A stretch of 64,000 nucleotides of DNA. Source: an uncultured Gemmatimonadales bacterium. GTDB lineage: Bacteria; Gemmatimonadota; Gemmatimonadetes; Gemmatimonadales; GWC2-71-9. Position 1 is the first letter of the stretch; each line of letters starts with the position of its first letter. The notes below the pieces were generated by a model that did no database searches, was not told where the DNA came from, and saw only the letters and a program-made list of their open reading frames with translations. The stretch lies in the NCBI GenBank assembly GCA_963748815.1, contig CAVVKJ010000005.1, forward strand, positions 224,001-288,000, given 5' to 3'. Positions 41,747 through 49,958 of this stretch are shown here, one piece after another. The position numbers and the translations under genes are program-made.

Positions 41747-42205
41747 GGTCGCTCAGTGGTGTGAGTTCATCGGCGATGCAGGCTGCGAAGGGTACGGGCA
41801 GAGTGCACGTGCGGTGGATCACATTCGCCCGACGGATGGTCCGTCCCCGTGACGCGCAACGCACCGTTTGCGCCGTTTCTGCTGCGCATCACGGGTGCTC
41901 GCCGGGGCCGCGGGATCGCCCAGCCCCGCGCTAACCGCATTCCGCGGCCCTTCCTTGAAACACGCCGATACATATGTAATGAATCGTTTCACATCGGCGC
42001 CTGACCAAACTCGTCAAGTATTGTCTAACACTATGATAAATAAGGCGTTGTGGTGATTTCTTACAATCCAATCGTCTGGGTAGGATCCTTGCTGAATAGG
42101 GCTCCGTATTCCTACGGCCCCGCCCATTCGCGAGTCCACCATGCCACCCCCGCCAGGCGGGGGTCGGGGGGACGGGTCGCCGTCAACCAAACGACCGAAA
42201 GCTCG

Positions 42206-43196
42206 ATGCCTACTTCGAATCTGGCTCCATCCCCTCGGGCCGCCGCGTCGGCGGACCGCCGTCCCGCCACGGGCGGGGCGCCGGCGGTGCGCGTTCACGC
42301 GCCGCGCCGCCCGGTGTCGAAGCCGAAGCGTTCACAGGCCACGACCGCCGCGCTGATCTTCGGGGTCGCTGCTCGTGGCCCTGAATCTATTCGGCATGCG
42401 GTATTACCTGCTTCCGCGCGCCGAGCAGGTCCGGGACCCGCTGCACGCCTGGCTCCGCCCGTCCGGCTATCTCGGCCAGGGCGCCGGTGTGCTGGCGCTC
42501 CTGATCTTTCTCTTTCTCTGGCTCTATCCCCTGCGGAAGAAATTTCGGTGGCTCGCGTTCACCGGCGCCATTTCCAAGTGGTTGAACGTACACGCGCTGG
42601 CCGCGCTGGGCCTTCCCCTGCTGGTGGCGGCGCACGCCACCTGGCAGTTCGGCGGCGTGATCGGGCTCGGGTTCTGGTCGATGATGGTGGTGTGGCTGAG
42701 CGGCATCGTCGGTCGCTACATCTACGCCCGCATTCCGCGCAGCCAGGCCGGCGTGGAGCTGACCATCGAGGAAATCGCCGCCCAGCGCCAGGAACTGCTC
42801 GACGACATCGCCGGGCTCTCGGGGCTCGACGCGAGGGAAGTCGAAGGGCTGCTGGCGCCCGATGCCGCCCCGACCGCCGGCCTCTCGTTGTGGCAGACGA
42901 TGCGGCGGATGGTGTCCGATGACCTCGCGCGACGTCGTGCCGCGGCGACCCTCCGCCAACAGATCAAGCAGCGCCGCCCCATGGCTCGGCGCGACGACGC
43001 GGCGGCCCTGAAAGAAGTCCTCCGGCTGGCCAATCGGGAAATGGCGCTGGTGCAGCAGTCCCGCATGCTCGGCGCGACCCAGAACATCCTCCGCTTCTGG
43101 CATGTCGCCCACCGCCCCCTGGCGATCACCGCGCTCGTGGCGGTGATCATCCACGTCGTGGTGGTCGTGTCGCTGGGCGCCACGTGGTTCCGGTAG
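42206..43196 (+). CDS. Inner-membrane His-rich protein, cytochrome b / ferric-reductase-like (apparent +1 frameshift near 42370)
   Basis: About five TM segments; WLNVH..LVAAH and WHVAH..IIH; first TM split across frames 42050 and 42375. Confidence 0.75.
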
Positions 43197-45241
43197 GCCA
43201 GCGGCTCGATGGCCTCCTGCGCGGACTTGCTCGTGCCGGCCTCCTGGCCCTCGGCTGGGGCCTGCTCATGACGGCGCCGCTGGCGGGCCAGATCTCGCCC
43301 GGGCCGCTCGCCGCGCCCCATGCGACGCTCGAGGGGCCGACGCAGTGTACCACGTGTCACGGCAACCGCCGCGACGCGATGACAGGCCAGTGCGCCGCGT
43401 GTCACAAGGACATTGGCCGGTTGCTGGAGCAGGGGCGCGGCTTTCACGGGAGCGCTTCCGTGAAGGGGACGCCCTGCGCCTCCTGTCATCCAGATCACGC
43501 GGGGAAGGATTTCGCCATGGTGAAGTGGCCGGACGGCAGCGCCGAGACCTTCGACCACAAGCGCGCGGGATGGGCGCTGGCGCAGAAGCACGCCGAGGCC
43601 ACGTGCGAGGATTGTCACACCGACGAGTTCCAGGTGCCGGGAGTGAAGCGTCTCTCCGTCCGGAAGACCGGGCAGGGCTACACCGGGCTGGACACCACCT
43701 GCACCACCTGCCACGAGGACATCCACCGCGGCGCCCTCAAGCAGACCTGCACGGCGTGCCATGATGCCGGTTCCTGGACGGTCACCCCGGGGTTCAACCA
43801 CGACACGACCGCCTATGCGCTGACCGACAAGCACGCCGAGGTGAAGTGCGACAAGTGCCACCTCGACGCCCGGCTTGCGCCCCGAAGCGACGGCAAGGGC
43901 CATCTGGTTCCGGTCTACAAGCCGGTGTCGTTCGAATCCTGCGCCGACTGCCATGCCGACCCGCACAATGGCGGGTTGGGGCCAAAGTGCGCCGACTGCC
44001 ATAGTACCAGGGGCTTTCAGGTCATCGACAAGAATCGCTTTGACCATGACCGCACCAAGTATCCGCTGCGCGGCAAGCATGTGACCACCCCCTGCGCGAG
44101 CTGCCACAAGGACTTCTCGACCCCAGCGCTGAAGAAGCCGGTGTTCGCCGCCTGCACCGACTGCCACAAGGACGCCCACAACGGAACGGCCACGCTGGCC
44201 GGCAAGACGGTCGATTGCACTTCGTGCCATTCGGTCAACGGCTTTGCCCTGTCGACGTACACGACCGCGAGTCACGCGTCGACCCCGTACCCGCTCGAAG
44301 GAAAGCACCTGGCGGTGCCGTGTGCCGCCTGCCACACCCGGAGCACCGCGGCCGCCGCCGCGAAGACGCTTGGGAGCGCCAGGGTGGTGATGCGGCCGAA
44401 GTACGCCCGGTGCCTCGACTGCCACTCGGATGACCACGGCGGCCAGTTGAAGTCGAGCGCCGATCAGGGCGAATGCGCCAGCTGTCACCGCGTCACGGGG
44501 TGGACACCGAGCACCTTCGACAGCGCGGCGCACGCGAAAACCACACTGGCCCTCGACGGGCGACACCAGGAGATCGACTGCGTCGCCTGTCATGGCGCCG
44601 GGCGCCCCGGCCTGCCGCCTCTGCCGGCCAGCCCCGCCCTTGGCAAGGCCAAGTTCCGCTTTCAGCTCAACGAGACGGAGTGCTCGGCGTGCCACAGTGA
44701 CCCGCACACCGGGCGCTTCGCCAGCGGCGGAGCCCGAGCGCAGTCCGGCGGCTGCCCGACTTGTCACAGCACCCGCGTCTTCCGTCCGTCCACGACCACC
44801 GTGGCGGTGCACGCCCTCTTCGATTTCCCGCTCGAGGGCGCGCACCGGGCCACGGCGTGCTCGGCGTGCCACGAGGAGTTGACCCGGCCGCCAGCCACCC
44901 AGACGCAATCCACGCTGGTGCTGGCGCGCACCCGGTTCGGCACGCTCCAGTTCACGGCGAAGCGCGCATGCGCGGACTGCCACGAGTCGCCGCACGGCGA
45001 CCAGTTTGCCGCGTGGGACACCAAGGGGAGCTGCGCGGCCTGCCACACGCAGGACGCGTTCGTGCCTGCGGCGGCGTTCAACCACGATACCGATGCATCG
45101 TTCGCGCTGAAGGGCGCCCACGAGGCCGTCCCGTGCGCGCGGTGCCACGTTCGCGATGCGGCGACGCCGTCCACGGCGCCGCTGCGCTATCGCCCGCTCT
45201 CCGGAAGCTGCGAGACCTGCCACGGCAAGGAGTCCCCATGA
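43184..45241 (+). CDS. Periplasmic multiheme cytochrome c, 23 CxxCH
   Basis: Signal peptide ending PLAG-QISPGPL; 23 CxxCH counted by hand; recurring (F/Y)xLxGxH motifs. Confidence 0.93.
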   Translation: MVPVGQRLDGLLRGLARAGLLALGWGLLMTAPLAGQISPGPLAAPHATLEGPTQCTTCHGNRRDAMTGQCAACHKDIGRLLEQGRGFHGSASVKGTPCASCHPDHAGKDFAMVKWPDGSAETFDHKRAGWALAQKHAEATCEDCHTDEFQVPGVKRLSVRKTGQGYTGLDTTCTTCHEDIHRGALKQTCTACHDAGSWTVTPGFNHDTTAYALTDKHAEVKCDKCHLDARLAPRSDGKGHLVPVYKPVSFESCADCHADPHNGGLGPKCADCHSTRGFQVIDKNRFDHDRTKYPLRGKHVTTPCASCHKDFSTPALKKPVFAACTDCHKDAHNGTATLAGKTVDCTSCHSVNGFALSTYTTASHASTPYPLEGKHLAVPCAACHTRSTAAAAAKTLGSARVVMRPKYARCLDCHSDDHGGQLKSSADQGECASCHRVTGWTPSTFDSAAHAKTTLALDGRHQEIDCVACHGAGRPGLPPLPASPALGKAKFRFQLNETECSACHSDPHTGRFASGGARAQSGGCPTCHSTRVFRPSTTTVAVHALFDFPLEGAHRATACSACHEELTRPPATQTQSTLVLARTRFGTLQFTAKRACADCHESPHGDQFAAWDTKGSCAACHTQDAFVPAAAFNHDTDASFALKGAHEAVPCARCHVRDAATPSTAPLRYRPLSGSCETCHGKESP

Positions 45242-47667
45242 GGCGCATCACGCTTCCGGTGCTGGTCCTGCTGGTCGGGCTCCTCGCGGGCACCGCACAG
45301 GCGCAGGACCGGACCACGTCTCCGCACGGCGACCTCAAGCTGGAATGCACCGTCTGCCACCAGTCGAGCAGCTGGAACGCGATCCAGGTGAGCCACCAGT
45401 TCGACCACGGGAAGTTCGGCTTCCCGCTGACCGGCGCCCACGGGGCGACCACCTGCCGCGCCTGTCACGTCTCGCTCGACTTCAAGCAGGCGAGCAGCAG
45501 CTGCGCCGCCTGTCATACCGACAATCACCGCGGCGAGTTCGGCACCGACTGCGCCCGGTGCCACACGACCCGGAGCTTTACCGACCGCGACGCGATGCTC
45601 AAGGAGCACCAGCTGCGCCGCTTTCCGCTCACCGGCAGCCATCTGGCCACGGACTGCACCACCTGCCACAAGCCGGGGGCGCGGGGCCAGCTGCAGTTCG
45701 TCGGCACGCCCGCGACCTGTGTGGCCTGTCACCAGGTGAACTACAACACCGCACCCAACCACCGGGCATCGAACTTCCCAACCACGTGCGAAACCTGCCA
45801 CTCGACCGTGAGCTGGAACACGGCCAACATGGGGGCGGCCAACCACCCCACGGCGCCGATTGCTCTGACCGGCGTGCACAGCAGCAACCTGGTCAGCTGC
45901 GGGCAGTGCCACACGACGACGCCCTATTCGACGGTCCAGACGACCTGTGTGGCCTGTCACCAGGCGGATTACAACGGCGCGAAGGATCCCGATCACGTGG
46001 CGGCGAAGTTCTCGACCACCTGCACGGACTGTCACGGCCTGGTGGCCGGGTGGCTCGGCGCCAAGTTTGACCACCCCACCACGCCGGTGGCCCTGACGGG
46101 CGCGCACAGCTCGAACCTGGTGCAGTGCTCGCAGTGCCATACGAGCATGCCCTACTCGACGGTCAAGCAGACCTGCGACGGCTGCCACCATGCGGAGTAC
46201 GTGGCCACCAGCAACCCGAACCATGCCGCGGCGGGCTACACCACCGATTGCGCCTCCTGTCACCAGGTGGTGGCCAACTGGGCCGGGGCGACGGTGAACC
46301 ACCCCTCGACGCCGATTGCCCTCACCGGGGTGCACAGCTCCAACCTGGTCAGCTGCACCCAGTGCCACACCACGACGCCGTACTCCACGGTGAAGACGAC
46401 GTGTGTGGCCTGTCACCAGACCGACTACAACGGCGCCAAGGATCCCGACCACGTGGCCGCCAATTTCTCGACCACCTGCACCACCTGCCACGGCCTCGTG
46501 GCCGGGTGGGCCGGCGCGACGTTCAGCCACCCGACCACTCCCATCGCGCTGACGGGGGCGCACAGCGCCAACCTGGTGAGCTGCTCCCAGTGCCACACCA
46601 CCATGCCGTATTCCACGGTGAAGCAGACCTGCGACGGCTGCCACCACGCCGACTATGTGGCCACCAGCAATCCCAACCACACCGCGGCGGGCTACGGGAC
46701 CGACTGCGCCAGCTGCCACCAGGTGGTGGCCAACTGGGCCGGGGCCACGGTCAACCATCCGACGACCCCGATCGCCCTGACCGGTGTCCACAACGGCAAC
46801 CTGATCGCGTGCGCCCAGTGCCACACCACGATGCCCTACTCCACGGTCAAGCAGACGTGCGACGGCTGCCACCACAGCGAGTACGTGGGAGCCAAGGACC
46901 CCGATCACGTGGCCGCCAGCTTCTCGACGAACTGCACCACTTGCCACGGCCTGGTGTCGGGGTGGCTCGGCGCCACGTTCAGCCATCCGACCAGTCCCAT
47001 TGCGCTGACGGGGGCGCACAGCGCCAACCTGGTCAACTGCTCGCAGTGCCACACGACCATGCCGTATTCCACGGTCAAGCAGACCTGCGACGGCTGCCAC
47101 CATGCGGACTATGTGGCCACGACCAACCCGAGCCACACGGCCGCCGGGTACTCGACCGACTGCGCGACCTGTCACCAGGTGGTGGCCAACTGGGCGGGGG
47201 CCTCGCTGAACCACCCCACCACGCCCATCGCGCTGACCGGCGTCCACAGCAGCACGGCGGTGCAGTGCACGCAGTGCCACACGACCATGCCGTACTCCAC
47301 CGTCAAGCAGACCTGCGACGGCTGCCACCACGCGGAGTACGTGAGCACCACGGACCCGAACCACACGGCGGCCAGCTTCTCGCTGACCTGCACCACCTGC
47401 CATTCGCTGGCGGCCAACTGGGCGGGAGCGCGGTTCACCGCGCATGACGGCAGCATCTCGCAGTTCCGGATCTACAGCGGCAAGCACAACGGCAAGTGGA
47501 GCCAGTGCTCGGAGTGCCACAAGCTCGGTCAGCCGTACGCGGCCACGCCGCAGCTGCTCTGTCTCAACTGCCATGCGAAGGTGCAAACGGACAAGCACAA
47601 GGGGAAGAACTACACGCCCAGCGATTGCGTGCGCTCGGGCTGCCACGCGAACGGAACGTCGCCGTGA
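45238..47667 (+). CDS. Exported multiheme cytochrome c, 30 CxxCH plus one CxxxxCH
   Basis: ATG 45238 overlaps upstream TGA; signal MRRITLPVLVLLVGLLAGTAQA; motifs counted by hand; C-terminal CVRSGCH. Confidence 0.93.
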   Translation: MRRITLPVLVLLVGLLAGTAQAQDRTTSPHGDLKLECTVCHQSSSWNAIQVSHQFDHGKFGFPLTGAHGATTCRACHVSLDFKQASSSCAACHTDNHRGEFGTDCARCHTTRSFTDRDAMLKEHQLRRFPLTGSHLATDCTTCHKPGARGQLQFVGTPATCVACHQVNYNTAPNHRASNFPTTCETCHSTVSWNTANMGAANHPTAPIALTGVHSSNLVSCGQCHTTTPYSTVQTTCVACHQADYNGAKDPDHVAAKFSTTCTDCHGLVAGWLGAKFDHPTTPVALTGAHSSNLVQCSQCHTSMPYSTVKQTCDGCHHAEYVATSNPNHAAAGYTTDCASCHQVVANWAGATVNHPSTPIALTGVHSSNLVSCTQCHTTTPYSTVKTTCVACHQTDYNGAKDPDHVAANFSTTCTTCHGLVAGWAGATFSHPTTPIALTGAHSANLVSCSQCHTTMPYSTVKQTCDGCHHADYVATSNPNHTAAGYGTDCASCHQVVANWAGATVNHPTTPIALTGVHNGNLIACAQCHTTMPYSTVKQTCDGCHHSEYVGAKDPDHVAASFSTNCTTCHGLVSGWLGATFSHPTSPIALTGAHSANLVNCSQCHTTMPYSTVKQTCDGCHHADYVATTNPSHTAAGYSTDCATCHQVVANWAGASLNHPTTPIALTGVHSSTAVQCTQCHTTMPYSTVKQTCDGCHHAEYVSTTDPNHTAASFSLTCTTCHSLAANWAGARFTAHDGSISQFRIYSGKHNGKWSQCSECHKLGQPYAATPQLLCLNCHAKVQTDKHKGKNYTPSDCVRSGCHANGTSP
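45844..47439 (+). repeat. Seven tandem intragenic 228-nt (76-aa) triheme repeats with alternating A/B variants
   Basis: Unit HPxxP(I/V)ALTGxH..CxQCH TxxPYSTVxxT CxxCH..H..CxxCH; starts 45844, 46072 and so on at 228-nt period. Confidence 0.92.
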
Positions 47668-49892
47668 TCACCGTCCACACGCTCCCGGGGCGCATGCGAT
47701 GGCCGCTTGCCGCGCTCCTGCTCACGTTCCTCGGAGCGGGGCAGGCCCGCGCCCAGCATTTCGGGCCCGACTCCGCCCCGCTCGGGGCGCAGGCCGCGGT
47801 CGGGCCCGCGGTGGTGTACCTCCACGAGGGCGGCTCCATCCGCGGGACGTTGCTGGCCGACAACGGGCCGAACGGTGTCCGCATCCGGAGCCAGAAGTCG
47901 GGCGCGACGTTCGTGGTGCCGGCGTCGAATATCGACAGCGTCGTGCGGGGGCCCTTCGAGCCGTCCGCCGGGCCGGAACCGACGTCCGTAGCTGTGGCGG
48001 CCACCACCCCGACGCAGGCGCCGGCGGTCAATTCGGGTGCGGCGGTGGCGCTGACCCTGACCGCGGTCAAGCCTGCTCAAGTCCCCACGAAGGCTCCACC
48101 GCCGGCCGCACCAGCGGCGTCCAAGCCGGCGGAGTCGGCGCCGTCGTCCATTCCGGCCTCCGCGCCGGTCGCCGTCAAGCCGACGGAGGTCGCTGCCCCG
48201 ACCACACTCCAGGCGGGACTCGACACCCCACCTCCCACATTCCAGATCCCTGCCACGAACGCGGCGCTGCCTGCCGCGGCGCCGGATACGGTGCCTGCCG
48301 TACCGGACACCGTGCCTGCAGCACCCGATACCGCAGCGGTGATTTCGAGCATCACCTTCATCTCCGGCACCGAGATCTACATCGGCGCGGGCCGCCAGGA
48401 CGGCCTGGTGGAGGGGTCGGTGGTGGAGGTCGTTCGGGGAGACAGCGCGGTGGCCACGCTGCGCGTGAAGTTCCTCGCGTCCCACAAGTCCAACACCGAG
48501 CTGGTCAAGGGGACGCCTGAGCTCGCCCTGGGGGACAGTGTCCGGTTCCATCGGCACGTGGCGACGGAGCAGATCGCGATCGGGGGGCCGATTGCCGCAC
48601 CGCGGCCCCGCCGGCTGAGCGGCCAGGGCTTGCACGGCCGCATCGGCAGCCGCTACCTCCGCGCCACCACGAGCACGGTCGCGGAGGGCCAACCGGCGTG
48701 GAGCAACGGGTTCAACCAGCCCTCGCTGGACGCGCGCCTCTATGGGCTGAACATTGGCGGCACGCCGCTCGGCGTGGCCGTCGATCTCCGGGCCCGCCAG
48801 ACGACGACCTCCTCGGCTGGCGGAACGACCGTGGACGGTCACACCCGGGCGTACCAGGCGGTGCTGTTCTGGAACGCGCCGGACGCCAAGTTCCGGATGG
48901 CGGCCGGGCGCCAGTACCTCACCTATATCAGCTCCATCGGCCTGTTCGACGGCGGCCTGGTCGAACTCAATGGCCGGCACCTTTCCTTTGGCGCCTTCGC
49001 CGGCTGGGAACCGGACGCGTCGACACTGCAGTTTTCGAGCACGGTCCACGATTACGGCGCGTACCTGACCGTGCACAACGCGCCGGGCGGCCTGACGTCC
49101 AGCGCGTTCACCCTCGGGGCCGTCGGTTCCTACGAGGGGAGCACCGAACGCCGAGAGTGGGGCATCGCCCAGGCCAACATCAGCAACCGGTACCTGTCGC
49201 TCTACCTGCTGCAGGAAATCGACTACTACCAGCCCTGGAAGCTGGAGGGCCCCAACGCCGAGTCGAGCGCGGTCTCGTTCACGAGCCAGTTCGCCAATGT
49301 GTCCGCTCGTCCGAAGCCGTGGCTCTCGATCAACGCCACCTACGACAAGCGACGCAATGTCCGCCTCATCCGGGACTTCACCAACCCGGAGACGACCTTT
49401 GACGACGCCTATCGCGAGGGCTACGGCGGGGGAGTGCAGTACTCCGGCCAGCGCTTCTACCTGGGTGGCGACTGGCGGCGGAGCACCGGCGCGACCGTGC
49501 TCGGCGCCAACTCCTATACCGCCACGCTGGGCGCCAACCGGGTCGCGCCGCTCGGCCTCGGCTTCTCGGTACGCGCCACCTGGTACCAGAATCAGAACGA
49601 CTCGAGCGCCGTCAACCCCGGGTCGGTCCAGACTGACGGCCACCTCTACTCAGGCCACGTGAACTTCGATCCCACCAACGCGATTCACGTTGACCTGAAC
49701 GGCGGCGTCCGCCAGGAGGACAATCCGGCGTTCGTCGAGCGGCAGAAGTCCACCTGGTACGGCATCGACCTGGACGTCGCGCTGGCGCGGCAGTGGTACC
49801 TCTCCCTCTCCGGATTGCGGCAGCAGGACCCCGCCAACCCCGGCACCAGCCAGCTGACCCAGATCTACAGCGGACTGACCTGGCGGTTCTGA
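47664..49892 (+). CDS. Putative outer-membrane beta-barrel with N-terminal periplasmic domains
   Basis: Signal peptide, Pro/Ala/Thr linker, amphipathic beta-strands, terminal YSGLTWRF; GTGA overlap with cytochrome. Confidence 0.8.
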   Translation: MITVHTLPGRMRWPLAALLLTFLGAGQARAQHFGPDSAPLGAQAAVGPAVVYLHEGGSIRGTLLADNGPNGVRIRSQKSGATFVVPASNIDSVVRGPFEPSAGPEPTSVAVAATTPTQAPAVNSGAAVALTLTAVKPAQVPTKAPPPAAPAASKPAESAPSSIPASAPVAVKPTEVAAPTTLQAGLDTPPPTFQIPATNAALPAAAPDTVPAVPDTVPAAPDTAAVISSITFISGTEIYIGAGRQDGLVEGSVVEVVRGDSAVATLRVKFLASHKSNTELVKGTPELALGDSVRFHRHVATEQIAIGGPIAAPRPRRLSGQGLHGRIGSRYLRATTSTVAEGQPAWSNGFNQPSLDARLYGLNIGGTPLGVAVDLRARQTTTSSAGGTTVDGHTRAYQAVLFWNAPDAKFRMAAGRQYLTYISSIGLFDGGLVELNGRHLSFGAFAGWEPDASTLQFSSTVHDYGAYLTVHNAPGGLTSSAFTLGAVGSYEGSTERREWGIAQANISNRYLSLYLLQEIDYYQPWKLEGPNAESSAVSFTSQFANVSARPKPWLSINATYDKRRNVRLIRDFTNPETTFDDAYREGYGGGVQYSGQRFYLGGDWRRSTGATVLGANSYTATLGANRVAPLGLGFSVRATWYQNQNDSSAVNPGSVQTDGHLYSGHVNFDPTNAIHVDLNGGVRQEDNPAFVERQKSTWYGIDLDVALARQWYLSLSGLRQQDPANPGTSQLTQIYSGLTWRF

Positions 49893-49905
49893 GCGACAAC
49901 GAAAG

Positions 49906-49928
49906 CGGGGCGGCCACTGGCCGCCCCG
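49906..49928. terminator. Hairpin between convergent beta-barrel and dacB genes
   Basis: CGGGGCGGCC-act-GGCCGCCCCG perfect stem, followed by CTTTCGTT on minus strand. Confidence 0.65.
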
Positions 49929-49958
49929 TCGTCATGCCACCTGCCTGCTCGCTTCTCC

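Noticed and set aside
44761..45237. N-terminal extension of the 968-aa ORF in the ORF track
   Set aside because: Overlaps the 23-heme gene out of frame; real start is ATG 45238 with a clear signal peptide
45844..47439. Regular repeats considered as CRISPR array or DGR template/variable repeats
   Set aside because: 228-nt in-frame coding units with no unique spacers, and no cas or reverse transcriptase gene in the window
42722..49643. Long minus-strand ORFs opposite the cytochrome operon (833, 819, 677 aa)
   Set aside because: Mirror the plus-strand genes and their repeats; Arg/Gly-rich with no independent features
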